Shown here piece after piece: positions 1-18,334 of a stretch of 64,000 bases of DNA. This DNA comes from the human T2T-CHM13v2.0 reference genome, Homo sapiens: NCBI RefSeq assembly GCF_009914755.1, contig NC_060941.1. One strand, 5' to 3'. Within the stretch, counting starts at the first letter, position 1. Every line of letters starts with the position of its first letter. The position numbers and the translations under genes were made by a program. A model generated the notes under the pieces. The model was not told the DNA's origin. It ran no database searches and saw only the letters and a program-made list of their open reading frames with translations.

Positions 1-76
1 CAGCACAGAGCACAGTGCCAGGTTAATAGTACATGCTCCACAAATATTTGTTGAATAAATGAACAAATGAATAAAT
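1..76 (+). mobile_element. L2 3' end fragment
   Basis: ...caaatatttgttgaataaatgaa tail typical of L2. Confidence 0.55.
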
Positions 77-1044
77 TTCTCCCATGAAGATCTACAGATA
101 AGAGGTCTTAAATAAAAACATCATATACATATATCAAAATTTATTTCAGGTACAGATGTTTACAAGTAGAAGACACACATCTCAACCACAGGGCAGCTGG
201 AGGGGACAAATGTTCAGCCCATAATTTACTTAAGCAAATGTATCCACTGTCCTTTTTGCCCACGCAAGCAAACAACTATGTTGCTTCTCACTCTATTTTC
301 AGAAAGTGAGTTTCTAAAAATCTCAGGAAAAGGTGGGGGTGCAGGCCTAACTATGTTCACCTAAGGCTTAGGCCTAAACCCAAGCAGGTTCATCTTGGTC
401 TTTTGTCCATCAATCCAAGGAAAGATTCCTCAGCTGCTTCCCAATCAGGAGAAAAAGCTGCTGTCTGCGTGATATAATAACAACCCCAGGCCAAGCCGAC
501 AGGGTGGGAGAAGAAGGGCTAAAGTGTGTTCAGACCAAGGACAGTGAGCTCCCCTTGTTTGCTCCATCCAGAGATGAATGAACAGGAACTTGCACGTGGC
601 TGTCATCCTGTAGTCAGGGGGTGGTCACCTGGATGCCCTTCTGCTTGGAAATCCTACTGGGGACACAGAAACCTCAGAGGGGTCTGTCCACAGCACAACC
701 TTGTCCAGCTGATTCTTCAACAACTGCCAGACAATAGAGGTCAAATCTCAGAAGAAAGCTACGATCTCCTCCAGCCTCTCTGTCTAGAGAGCTCTTCAAA
801 CCCCCCAGGGCATCCCCAGGCAGCCTCAGGGAGCAGGGCAGGTGGGCTGTCTCTGCCACTCCAATGGGGCATCTTCAGCTGGGTCAGGCTCACAAAAGGG
901 CAGACAGCAAGTCAGTCATTTGGTTTCATTGAGACATGCCTGCGTGCTATCCTACCCTTCCCCTGAGTGGTGGCTTTTTATGCCTCCAGAGCTTGGTGTC
1001 ACGTGGAGCCAGGCGGGAAGTGCACTCACTAGCTGGGGAGGCAG

Positions 1045-1232
1045 GCAGACCTGGTCAGGTCGCCAGCTTTGCTACCAATAACCTGCGTGACTTCAGCCAT
1101 GTAGCTTAACCTCTCTGAACATGTTTCTTCATTCATAAGATATAAATGATACCTCCCTTCCAGAATTGTGGAAGGTGCTGAACACATGTGCAGAATACTC
1201 TCTGGGCATAGTAGGCGGTCAATACATGGAAA
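1045..1232 (+). mobile_element. MIR
   Basis: Core gtgact...cttaacctctctga...tttcttcat. Confidence 0.6.
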
Positions 1233-1848
1233 CTAGTGTTTACATTGTATGTTCTCACAATACACTCCGAAGGCAGGGTCTTCCATGGTTCCCTATGAAG
1301 GGCTGTTCTCAGCGCAGGCTTGTCACAAACAGGATGATCAGGAATACTTTGCCCTATCTGCAGGCAGGATGTACATATGATGACACACTTCCAAGCATGC
1401 AGGGAGGTCTCAGCACAGACTCCTGCCTGTGACGGTGGGGCTCACGCAGCCTGTCGCTCAGTCTCACCTGAGACAGTAATTGCCCCGATACATCAATACA
1501 TGCCAAGGTCCTCCCAGGACCGTCTTCATCAAGCTTCCCCGCTTGATGAAATACGTCATATCAATATCCCTACGGAGTTATTTTTAGAGCTCAATGAAGG
1601 GCCGGTATCTCCTGTCCTGGCAATAAATACACAAGCCAGCCACCAGCATAATAAGACTTAGGGTAACACCACCACTTACTGAGGACAGATCTTCTGTGGG
1701 GACATTGGGGGAGGACGGGGTCTGTGAGATTTCCGGGTAACCTCACCTTGGATGGAACATGGGTCATCTCCATCTGCCTGGGGTCACTTCTGGCTTTCAC
1801 AGGCTATGACTGGCACCCATCTCGACTGGCGGTCTACTCCTTAACAAC

Positions 1849-1851
<3 letters not shown>

Positions 1852-1881
<30 letters not shown>
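1852..1881. repeat. (TG)15 microsatellite
   Basis: Read directly from the sequence. Confidence 0.95.
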
Positions 1882-1883
<2 letters not shown>

Positions 1884-2615
1884 GTCTTCCAAAATTGTGC
1901 TGTCACGCTTTGTGCAGCCTAGAAGATGTCTCAGTGAGCAAATCCTAAGGACAGCAGCCCTGCAATGAAGTCAGCCAGACTTAAAGAGGAAATAGATGGC
2001 TGACAGCTGACAGCTGTCCATCACAAAGTCCATCCCTACAGACATCAGGCCCAGTAGAAAGTAAATGCTGTCACCATAGCAAAATCAGGTCCCAGGTTTG
2101 CTGCGTGACAGCCTTCCCGTTGCCGCCACCCGGCAGCAATCCTTCATCACCATCTTCACCCTCTTCAACATGGAAAGGGCCGGAGGAGCCCTGCTGCTCC
2201 CCGGCTGATGGATGAGACTTTCATTGAAACTCACTCTCACCCAAGTGTCACCTCAGCCATTGCCCTGCTAAGCCTCGCCCCCCGAGTGTCCAGTGAAAGG
2301 CTCTTTTCTTCTTTAAAGGAATCTGGGGAACTGAAGCGGCATCCAGACAGAAGCACTTAGGTGGGGGGCCTAAGAAGTCACCCCAGATCTTCCCACCTGC
2401 CTCGGCAGCTGTCTCCTCCTTTTCTCTCCACTCCACCCCCAGCCCCGCCTTCCTGGGGGGTACTGTCTTCTGTATCACCCCCATCGGATGCCCTGAGTCA
2501 CATCTTCTAGCTCCTGTGTTCTCTCCACCTCCAGCAGTGAGGATTCTACACACATGTGCACACATACATGCACACACAAGCACCCGCAAAACATACATCC
2601 TTCAAAGGAATGTTC

Positions 2616-2973
<358 letters not shown>

Positions 2974-3225
2974 TCATGTCTCATGACCACGATTATGAAG
3001 ATTCATTCTTGAATACTCCTTGAATATCCTTTGTTCAAAACTCCAAGGTTGTTTCTTGTGCAGTTTCTGAGATGGGAAATCCATCCCATGACTTCAACAG
3101 GAGGAGATCCATGAAGCTCTAAATTGGAGATGCTGAGGCAAGCGAGGGGGGAACTGCCATTTGATAGGATGCCCCTGGGGCAGGGGAGGGTGATGGAAAG
3201 GGTGATGGGGGCCTGGAGAGACAGC

Positions 3226-3455
3226 CAGTTAGCAAAATGGTTAAGAGTTAAGCTCTGGGGTTCAAATTCTTGCTCTAACGCTTGACATCGGGGTGACTTT
3301 GGGCAAAGTACCGTGACTTCCCTGGGTCTCAGTTCCTCACCACAAAAATATAGCAACACCTGTGCTGTTGGGGTCTTGGGTGGATTAACTGGAATGATCT
3401 GGACAGAGCCCTTGGCACAGTATTTGGCTCATAAGCAGCATTTAATAACTTTCTA
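3226..3455 (+). mobile_element. MIR
   Basis: tggttaagag...gggttcaaatt...gtgactttgggcaaag...tctcagttcctca. Confidence 0.7.
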
Positions 3456-3549
3456 GCTTCTAAGAAATTACCACCCAATATACAAAAATCAACACAAAAT
3501 GGATCCAAAATTTAAGCTTAAGAAAAAAAAGAAATTACCCTCCATTATC

Positions 3550-3695
3550 TCAACTAGACTTTACATCAACCCTATGACTTGGTAGGTATTTGCCCCATTT
3601 TACAGATAAGAAAACTGAGGCACAGAGTGTCCTGTGCATCCCCCAAGATCACAAAGCCAGGTAAGGGCAGAGCCAAGGTTTGAGCCCTGGCAGCT
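3550..3695 (-). mobile_element. MIR
   Basis: ccccattttacagataagaaaactgaggcacagag core. Confidence 0.75.
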
Positions 3696-4183
3696 GTGGC
3701 TGCAGAGCGATGGGCCCACCGCTCTGTTCTGGGGCCTACCCCCGGCACAGCAGACCTGAACGTCCAGGCCTTTCCAGGGCTAGCACAGAGCCTGCATAGC
3801 TGCAGTGACTACAGTAGCTGTTTCCTTTGTCCTCGTCCCCTGCAGTTTCTTTCCAGAGTCCCAAGAAGCCACACAACCCTTCAGGAGGAGATTAGCAGCA
3901 GCAGAAAACAGAAATAAGAGAAAGTTAGTTTTCTTTTTCTGGGCTAGAGGTGCCCTGCTGCGCTGGAGAGAAACTGGGAGGAGGGAAAGCTAATGCCAGC
4001 CCCAGCCCGGTTTCTGCCCGCTGCCCTTTGCAGCTCTAGGTGGAAGCACAAGCTTGCTAGGCTCGGCACGCTCAGAGCTGCAGGAAGGCGGTCAGCTCTG
4101 GCAGCCACACTGCTCCTGTCCCAAAGGGAGGACAGACCTAGAGAAGCGGCCTGATCTGCCTTCTCCACCTCCGAATCCCCCCA

Positions 4184-4215
4184 CCACACCCACACACACA
4201 CACACACACACACAC
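4184..4215. repeat. (CA)n microsatellite
   Basis: Read directly from the sequence. Confidence 0.9.
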
Positions 4216-5369
4216 GCCTTTTGCATTTATCCCGGGGTCCTCCAGAGGGACAAGGAAGGGGCTGATTCAGTGACCCCTGAGCCCCGCCTCTCAGTCCCCA
4301 GACTTCAGGCAGCCTGGGAAGCCTCCGACCTACATTCAGATGCCTAGGGGTTCTGGGAGGGGCGCTCAAAGCTCAGAGGCCTGAATTCAGCACCCTGCTC
4401 AGGCTCTTTGAGAACCGCTGACTTGAAGTGGGCCTGCTCGCTTTGCTAAACAAATATGGGTAACTCTGGTCTTCCAAAAAGAGCTCACAATTCTGTCCTC
4501 CCTGGAAGCTACAATTCAATCATCCTCTTCCAAACGTCCAAATCCCAGCTTCAGTGAGGCTATCTCACACAGCAACCTGCCTGGGAGTGACCTGCATGCA
4601 AAACTTCAAGAGTTTGAGGGAAACTTGAGGGAAACTTGCAGAAACCAGCTTGCCAAGGAAAAACGCTCCCAGTGCGTTCAATGAAAAAGCAGGCGACCCA
4701 GCTAAATGAGTAAACTGACCCAATCGGGGGGATGAAAGGGAACGTATATCTATGCAATGACAATAAATCGTGGAAAGACATATTAAAATACAAAAGCCAT
4801 TTCTAGACGCAAAATCATGGATGTGTTTTATTTGCTTCTTTGTGTTTTCTGGTATTTTTACAAAACTGCACTGCAGAATGTTTGGAATCAGATGAAAAGT
4901 TCATTTCTGAGAAGCCTCCTTCTTTTCTCTTTTAAATTTTCTTCTTTTGCATTCCATTTTGGCCAGCTCGCTTGAACTCTGCGTTCAAACGCCTTTCTCT
5001 CCCAAGCAAAAGCTCCAGGAGGAATCTTCTGGAGCAAAGTTAGAACCGCAGGGAAGCTTGAAAAGAGGAAACAGACCAGCCTGGCCGGTGGAGGTTAAAT
5101 TAAACTACAGTTCTCTAGCAGGCCTCGGGCTTGGTCAGGAGCTATTGGTAAGACGGCAGAAACGGAGTACAGGCCAATAAACAAATCAAAACAAAAACAA
5201 GAAGCAAAGAAAGAAAGAAACATGTTTTAAGAAGAATAAAGTCATTAGGTGGCAAGGGGCCTCTGCAGGACCATCCAGGCCAGGGAGAAAAACACCACCA
5301 AGGACCCAAACTTCTTTCACTGGGGAGCTGCAAGCAGGAGGCGCTGGCTCTGAGCAGTGGCTTTGTGCT

Positions 5370-5600
5370 TCGGGCAGAACCGGCCGCGAGGGCTGCGCCC
5401 CACCAGCCGCGCGCCGGGAGGGCGGACGCGCCGGGCACAGCCAGGCGCCGGGGGTGACCGCGGCAGCACCGGCCCGGCGGCTGGAAGCAGACGCGCCGCT
5501 CCGCCCGCGCCCGCGCCCGGTGGAGCCACAGCGCCATCAAGTGGCCACTCGGCGAACGGCCGCACGGGGAAGCGGCTCAGGCCCAGGGAAGAGGTCCAGG
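5370..5600. promoter_or_regulatory. Small intronic CpG island
   Basis: Dense CpG/GC stretch that is not repeat-derived and contains a CTCF motif. Confidence 0.8.
5529..5547 (-). promoter_or_regulatory. CTCF motif (reverse)
   Basis: Minus strand TGGCCACTTGATGGCGCTG vs consensus TGGCCACYAGRKGGCGCTA. Confidence 0.7.
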
Positions 5601-6090
5601 GTTCCCAGCCGCAACTGTCCCTGGGGAAGGGTCTGGACCTGCCAAGCTGCCACTCCAGGGCCTGAGGCAGGAGCCTGCAGACGGACACCAGCTGTCCAGG
5701 CGCACTCCACCACCCAGGGCTGCCCCAGAGGATGTTCGGGAATCCTGTCTCCTCCTTCGGGAGAGAGGTTACTTTTGCAGTCCCAGGCCCATTCTCTTCT
5801 CCAGCAACTTGCTCACAGTTTAAAAGGTTTGGTTCTCAGAGAGTGGCGCCAGAGCAAAGGGGGCATCTCGCTGCTCTGGGGCATCCTGCAGGGGATGGCG
5901 CAGATCTGGGGTCCATGTCTGTGAGCGGACACCATTGGAACATGTGTCTAGAGAATCTGGGCGGGATCACTGCCCACAGCCCTTCAAGGCCCACAAACCT
6001 ACAACACATCTCTCCTGGAAACAGCACGTGATCCCATATGCCCCCTGGTCTTTGGGTACAAATTATGGGGTGACTCAAGAAGAGAGCACG

Positions 6091-6837
<747 letters not shown>

Positions 6838-6954
6838 CCCCATGATCTCCATCCACAAACCACTGGAGGAACCCAACACAGCAACGGAAAAGTTCTCAGA
6901 GCACCAATCAGGAATATGCATATTAATATGAACACTATAACAGGAAATTACAGG

Positions 6955-7140
6955 AAAAGCATAGAGCGTTTGCTCTGTGCAAAGCACTGTGCGAATTCCT
7001 TCTGTACTTTATCTTCTTTAACCTTTACCACGACCTTAGGACATGAGTTTTTTATGATGTTTGTTTGTTTGTTTGTTTGTTTTTTACAGAAAAGGAAATG
7101 GAAGCACCCAGAGGTCCAAAAACTCACTCAAGGTTGCCTG
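6955..7140 (-). mobile_element. MIR with (GTTT)n
   Basis: ttttacagaaaaggaaatggaagcacccagagg core. Confidence 0.6.
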
Positions 7141-7369
7141 GCCTGGAGTCAGAGCCTGAGAGCCAGCTCCTTCACTTACACTCCTTGATCCCATCTTTCC
7201 ATCCATCCCCCAACCCCCAGCCGTAGGTGGATCCAGGTTTTGTGAGACCTGAAACATACATGTTTTCTAGAGGGAGAGGCAGCCTCTTTAAGATATGAAG
7301 TTGTAAATACACAGTTGAGGCCAGTCAGGGAGGGCTGTGTAGGGGAGGGGCTCTGCCTCATCTCCACAG

Positions 7370-10841
<3,472 letters not shown>

Positions 10842-11044
10842 CTGGGTTCTGGAACCAGACACCCTGGGCACAAATCCCGGCCCTATTTATCCTTTACCAG
10901 CTGTGGGTGAAGTTACATCACTTCCGGGTGTCTCCACTTTCTTATCTGTACCATGGGATAATGATGGCATCTCCCTTGGCGGGTGGGGAGGACAAATGAC
11001 TAAGTACACTGCCTGACATGAGCCAGCGCTGACCAAGAGAGGCT

Positions 11045-11350
11045 TAATGTGAGCCCCAAAAGTAGTTTTCAGTGTTCTCACAGCCACATAAAAAAGCTAA
11101 AAAGAAACAGCTGAAAGTAATTTGAATCATAGAGTCGATTTAACCCAATATATTCCACTGTTCATCATTTCAACAAGCAACCAATATTTTTAAAATTATT
11201 CATGAGCTATTCTGTGTTATTTTTTCATACTAAGTCTTTGAAACCCACTATGCATTTTATGCTTGTATCGCATCTCGATTCACACCAGCCACTTCTGAAA
11301 TAAATGCTCTCAGGCCACGTGTGGCTTGTGGCTGCCGTACTGAGCAGTGT
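11045..11350. mobile_element. MER33-like hAT-Charlie DNA transposon
   Basis: tttaacccaatatatt...tcatactaagtctttgaaa...gccacgtgtggcttgtggctgccgtact. Confidence 0.7.
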
Positions 11351-11445
11351 GTGAGGTGTGACTCTGCTGGGAAGAGACTCTCAGGACGTGCACCTGGTCT
11401 GCTCCGGACTCTGCCCCGTGCACATTTCCCATTTGCTGAGTTTGC

Positions 11446-12060
<615 letters not shown>

Positions 12061-12229
12061 GAGAAATAAATTTCTGTTATGTATAAACCACCCAGGGACT
12101 TTGTTGTCACAGCCCAAATAGCCCAAGAGAGAAATCTTCCCCGAGATCCTCCCTGAGGATGCCAAGGCTGTGAATATTCTTTCTCGGTATTTTGGAATTT
12201 GTCAATGTCTAAACTTGCTGGAACTATAT

Positions 12230-12510
12230 CATGGCCTAGGATGCATTCACAGAACTACATTTGATGCTTGTGGACACACATTTTTCTTTTTGGGCTCCTG
12301 CCTTCATAAAAGTATTTTTAAATTATATTTTATGACTGCGTTGGTATAAAGACAATATAATGATAATCTGGGCTGGATACATTATTATATATTCTTTATT
12401 ATTATATTTATTTTTTCTTCCAATTTTAAAGGAAATTAAAACATTTTCATAGGCCCCTAAGTGTTGTGGGCTTGGACACTGTACCCTGCCCAGGTAAGAT
12501 CACTCGTGGG
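12230..12510 (-). mobile_element. MER96B-like hAT-Tip100 element
   Basis: atgactgcgttggtataaagac...aaaacattttcataggccccta. Confidence 0.65.
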
Positions 12511-12825
12511 TAAGAACATGAGGTTCTCACCCGTAAGGCAGGATTTTTATAGAAGGAAGGTAGGTCTTTCAACCTATGTCCTCCTTCTGTTCCACAAAGT
12601 GGAAAGCCACAAGCCCTACAAAAGCCTTGCAAGTCCCAGAGGCTGCAGCCGTATTTATTCTTCAGGCCAAGACTCTCAGGACAGAGAGCACCCATGCACC
12701 CCGCAGGCTGCAGGCCATCTCCCTGCATTTGGGACTGTCCTGAGGATGGCGGCTTCATTTTTGTCCCTCCTACCTCTGAGTACTCCCCATTCCTTATGTG
12801 AAGCTGAGCCTTAACCCGCACCCAC

Positions 12826-13182
12826 TGTATTAGTCCGTTTTCAGGCAGCTGATAAAGACACACCCAAGACTGGGCAATTTACAAAAGAAAGAGGTTTAAT
12901 GGACTCACAGTTCCACATGGCTGGGGAGGCCTCACAATCATGGTGGAAGGCTAAAGGCACGTCTCACAGGGTGGCAGATAAGACAATGCGAGCCAAGCGA
13001 AGGGGTTTCCCCTTATAAAACTATCAGATCTTGTGAGACTTATTCACTACCATAAGAACAATATGGGGGAACCAGCCCCATGATTCAATTATCTCCAACT
13101 GGGTCCCTCCCACAATGCGGGGGAATTATGGGAGCTACAATTTGAGATGAGATTTGGGTGGGGACACAGCCAAACCATATCA
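12826..13182 (-). mobile_element. THE1 (B/C) solo LTR
   Basis: tgtattagtcc...ggggacacagccaaaccatatca termini. Confidence 0.92.
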
Positions 13183-13569
13183 CCCTTCGAATGTAATAAT
13201 CCATGAAAATATCTGCCTCCCCCTCCAGCAGAAGCTGAGCCTGAGACAGAGGATTCCCTTTCGATTCATCTCTCTACCTCCCAAGGCCCAGCACATCACT
13301 CTAGAAGGGAATTAAATATTTACCACATATTCATTATGACAACCGTCCATTCTAAGTAACTTTACACATGAGGATCCAATGAGCCAACGTAGAGGATTTT
13401 AGCACCACAGCCTCAGAAGAGAGCACTTTTATTTAGTCCCCCCCCCAAGAAATAGGTGTTATTTTTTCCATTTCATGGATGACTTACATAATTTGCCCAG
13501 GGTCACTCAGGAAGTACATCTTGCTCAAGCCACATTTTTTATATGGCAAATACTAATTACTCCTATTTA

Positions 13570-13755
<186 letters not shown>

Positions 13756-14095
13756 TTAAAGCCATCAAAAGGTGAACCTTCAATGTCCAGTCTGGCTACA
13801 AAGCATTCCAGAAACGCAGGCACCAAGAGCCATCTATTCAATTGGCTCTGGCCTCAAGGAGTGAGGTGGTCCACAGTATGACCTATAAGGGCCTACAGAC
13901 AAGGGTTCAGGTCATGGCTAAGGGTGGAATCCTGGAGCCAGGGGCCTGGGTTTGAATCCCAGTGCCACTACTCATTGGTGCTGTGGCCTTGAGAGCTGAT
14001 TCAACTTCTCTCTACCTCAGTTTCTTCATCTGTAAAATGGGGCTAATATTGCCCACTTTTAACATTGTTGCAAGAATTCAATGAGTCAATACAAA

Positions 14096-14662
14096 TGTAA
14101 CTGGCAGCCTTCTAAGATGACCCCACTGGTCACCACCTCCTGGCATTCATGCCTTGTATACTCCTCTCCCCTGGAGTGTGGGCTCGACCTAGAAATTAAC
14201 ATGTAACACAGAGAGTAGGACAAATGTGATGAGCTACCACTTTCAAGACTGGCTTATAAAAGGCTGTGATTTCCATCTTGCTGGCCCCTCTTTTCTTTCT
14301 TTCTTTCTTTCTTTCTCTCTCTCTCTCTCTGACTTTGATGGTGTCTACTGCCACAAGGTGACCTGCCCTATAGAGAGGCCATATACCAGGAACTAGGGCC
14401 CCAATCCAATAGACTGCAAGGAACTAAATCTAGCCAACAGCCATTGAGTGAGCCTGGAAGTGGATCCTGCCCCACTAGAGCCTTCAGATGACTGCAGCCC
14501 CGGCCACCACCTTCACTGCAGCCTTAGGAGAGACCCCAGGCCAGCAACCCCAACTAAGCCACATCTAGATCCCTGCTCCACAGAAACTGTGAGCTAATAA
14601 ATGTTGTTGTGAGTTGGTAAGTTCAGGAGTAATTTGTTACACAGCATTAGATAACACATACA
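14096..14662 (+). mobile_element. MLT1 (F-like) LTR inserted in a MIR (~13905-14735)
   Basis: TG...CA termini, near-TSD ACAAA/ACAAG, AATAAA, tail aatttgttacacagcattagataac. Confidence 0.75.
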
Positions 14663-15709
14663 ACAAGTAAAGCACTAAGAATAGCACCTGGCACACAGCA
14701 GGCATTGAAATAGCTGCTGAATGAGTAAATAAAAAGGAAAACAGAACATTAAATTCTAAAGTGATGGCTTACTGCTTTGAATCTCTTTGCAATTAAGGTG
14801 GGGTATAAATTAATAACTCTATAAGTAATGACCTCTCCACCAGATCTGAACAACTCCCAACATTAGGACCAGCCTGCCTGGCTGCTTCCACCCTAGTTAG
14901 ATTTTCAGCCTCTCTACGCTGCTACGGTAGCCTCTAACTGGTCTCCAGCCTTCTCCTCACTCCTCATCCCCAATCTTCTCTTACATACCGTGGGTAAGTA
15001 AATCTCTCCCAAATCCTCCTGTCCATAGCTTTGTTGGTGCCTCCTAAAACCAGCAACATCAAAGCCAAAACCATAACTCAGCATAGAGGGCTCTCCCAAC
15101 ACCACCCCCAATCCCTGCCTAGCCTTAAGCAGAAGCTGAGCCTAAGAATCTACTTTGTACACCAAATCTTCCCCCATAAACTACCATATGGCTGTGTAGA
15201 TTCTAAGTCTCACTCTTCCCCTTGGCCTAGCAGATTCTCACCCACCCCTGCTGACCCTGTCACTGACACTGGCCCTTAAGTCTCTGAAATTAGGCAGGGC
15301 ACCCCCAGGCTGCATCTCAAACTCCCCCCCTAGCTACTAGGGCTGTGGTCCTGTTCTCTGCATTCTGGCTCCTTTGCTCAGAACATCCCAAGCATCTCTA
15401 TTTTTATGGGTACCCTAACCAGGACCCCCTCTAAATTTCTCTCCACCTCCTCCAATTAGCTTCAAGCCTTGTCCCACTGAGACAAGGAGGGCAATTCCTT
15501 ACTCACGTCTGAGAGGTGGCTCCATGCCATTTTGTCCAGCAGGCCCTGAGGCATTTCCACTGTCGGCCAAGCCCTGACCGATCATCCCTAAACACTCTCC
15601 TAACCTCCTCAGCCCAGAAGTCCATGTGTCACCCTGGATAAGTGGCCTTATGCGATGCTATGACATCCATCCCTAAGGTCTACTCCCACAGTCCCACCTG
15701 CGCACAAAC

Positions 15710-16007
15710 TTTTTTTTTTTTTTTTGAGATGGAGTCTTGCTCTATCACTCAGGCTGGAGTGAAATGGTGCAATCTCCACTCACTGTAACCTCTGCCTCTC
15801 GAGTTCCAGCCATTCTCCTGCTTCAACCTCTGGAGTAGCTGGGATTACAGGCACCTGCCATCACGCCCAACTAATTTTTATATTTTTAGTAGAGACGGGG
15901 TTTCACCATGCTGGTCAGACTGGTCTCGAACTCCTGACCTCAGGTGATCCACCCGCCTTGGCCTCCCAAAGTGCTGAGATTACAGGCATGAGCCACCACG
16001 CCCGGCC
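15710..16007 (-). mobile_element. AluS
   Basis: Full dimer. Confidence 0.95.
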
Positions 16008-16240
16008 GACTTCTCCTTTTACATTTTTTTTTCCTGATGAATTTATTTATTTTGCTCAAGTATGGAAAAGAGAGTTCTCTTGGCCGCTAACGCCCCAATT
16101 AAAAAATAAAGCACATTGTGATTGGAGAGCCATACTCCATATAAATAATAAATGAGGCCTTAGATGGACACAGATAGAGCTGACTGGCAGGCGGGACATG
16201 TTCTCTGTGGCTTCTTTGGCCCTGAGGAAGCACATTTTTT

Positions 16241-16406
16241 TTGTTCGTTTGTTTGTTTGTTTGCTTTTGAGACGGAGTCTCGCTGTCGCCCAGGCTGGAG
16301 TGCAGTGGCTCGATCTCGGCTCACTGCAGGCTCCGCCCCCCAGGATTCACGCCATTGTCCTGCCTCAGCCTCCCGAGTAGCTGGGACTACAGGCGCCCGC
16401 CACCAT
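16241..16406 (-). mobile_element. 5'-truncated AluY (Ye-like), right arm only
   Basis: 15-bp TSD GGAAGCACATTTTTT; Ye-type GGGGCGGAGCCTGCAG and CGACAGCGAG. Confidence 0.88.
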
Positions 16407-16632
16407 GGAAGCACATTTTTTAAGACCAAAAAAATAGACAACCAACTATAATAAAGTGACATGGAAGACTAACTTGATAAATATAATATTCTGAGAGGCC
16501 AGAATGGGGAAAATGGCAGCAGAGAAATGTGTCCTCATAGATTTGAACTGGGTCATCTGAGAAGCTTTGACGATTGCTCTGAAGACTTCAGATTTTATTC
16601 TGGAAGCATGTTGAGGCATCAGAAGTGCCAAG

Positions 16633-16735
16633 AGCTGGGCGTGGTGGCTCAGACGTGTAATCCCAGCACTTTGGGAGAACGGTTTGAGGTTAAGAGTTTG
16701 AGACCAGCCTGGGTGACATAGCAAGATGCCCCTGT
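16633..16735 (+). mobile_element. FLAM / Alu left-arm fragment
   Basis: Left-arm motifs with an internal deletion. Confidence 0.75.
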
Positions 16736-16742
16736 ACCCGAT

Positions 16743-17668
16743 CTTTTATTTTATTTTTTTATATTATTATACTTTAAAGTTCTAGGGTACATGTGCACAA
16801 CGTGCAGGTTTGTTACATATGTACACATGTGCCATGTTGGTGTGCTGCGCCCATTAACTCGTCATTTACATTAGGTGTATCTCCTAATGCTATCCCTCCC
16901 AACTCCCCCCACCCCACAGCAGGCCCCAGGGTGTGATGTTCCCCACCCTGTGTCCAAGTGTTCTCATTGTTCGATTCCCACCTATGAGTGAGAACATGAG
17001 GTGTTTGGTTTTCTGTCCTTGCAATAGTTTGCTGAGAATGATGGTTTCCAGCTTCATCCAGGTCCCTACAAAGGACATGAACTCATCTTTTTTTATGGCT
17101 GCATAGTATTCCATGGTGTGTATGTGCCACATTTTCTTAATCCAGTCTATCATTGATGGATATTTGGATTGGTTCCAAGTCTTTGCTATTGTGAATAGTG
17201 CCTCAATAAACGTATGTGTGCATGTGTCTTTATAGCAGCATGATTTATAATCCTTTGGGTATATACCCAGTAATGGGATGGCTGGGTCAAATGGTATTTC
17301 TAGTTCTAGATCCTTGAGGAATCGCCACACTGTCTTCCACAATGGTTGAACTAGTTTACAGTCCCACCAACAGTGTAAAAGTGTTCCTATTTCTCCACAT
17401 CCTCTCCAGCACCTGTTGTTTCCTGACTTTTTAATGATCGCCATTCTAACTGGTGTGAGGTGGTATCTCATTGTAGTTTTGATTTGCATTTCTCTGATGG
17501 CCAGTGATGATGAGCGTTTTTTCATGTGTCTGTTGGCTGCATAAATGTCTTCTTTTGAGAAGTGTCTGTTCATATCCTTTGCCCACTTTTTGATGGGGAT
17601 GTTTGTTTTTTTCTTGTAAATTTGTTTAACTTCTTTGTAGATTCCGGATATTAGCCCTTTGTCAGATG
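16743..17668 (-). mobile_element. 5'-truncated L1PA (PA4-6-like) 3' end
   Basis: 272-aa ORF2 C-terminal peptide, 3'UTR and poly-T. Confidence 0.93.
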
Positions 17669-18334
17669 CAGCTTCTCCTTTTAAATAAACCAAAGAGCCA
17701 TGCCTCAATTCCCCCTCCCACCAGCTGCATAAAAACTCCCAGGTGTAAACTGTTCACTTCTCCTTCTTTCCTCCTTACTGAGTGAGGTGAAGTCCCTTCT
17801 CAGAGAATTCCTGAGGTGTCAGTAAACCTTCCAAAAGCACATCCAAGTGTCCACAGCATCATCAACCCAGCCATCCCATAAACCTCTGGGCAGGTTGTCA
17901 TGGAAACCCCTAGGAAAAGGGAATCTCCTTTCCATGGCTAAAGCCCCCGCTTAACCCAGTTCTCCCCTCACCTCCTGAGATCCAACTCCAGTAAAAATTG
18001 TCTCCTTTTCACCCCCAGCTTACGACTCAATCACAAGAGACAGGAGCAGCTTTCATATCCCTGCTGAGTGGAAGTGAAACCTTAGCCACAGGGAAACACG
18101 GATGGGAAGGCGGGAAGGGACGACCTTGGTGTAAGTGACCCCTGGTGGGGGTCACAGCAGGTGCCCAACTAAACACTTGGAAAAAAATAAGAAAATGTGT
18201 TTCTTATAAGGAGTCAAACTCATTAAACCAGCAGATAAAGACAGAAAGTCCCGCCCCCAGACGCGTGGAACTGTGAGTCTTGGCAGGTCACGCTGACGCA
18301 TGTGAAAAAGACACCTGTGGAGGCAGTAGCCTCT

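Noticed and set aside
5142-5924. Overlapping ORFs on both strands at the small CpG island
   Set aside because: Expected by chance in GC-rich DNA; mostly non-ATG starts.
16735-17690. Target-site deletion at the L1PA 3' fragment
   Set aside because: I could not find a TSD, but decay within the T-rich tail is an equally good explanation.
16890-17708. 272-aa ORF
   Set aside because: L1 ORF2 C-terminus with read-through into the 3'UTR; non-ATG start outside the element.
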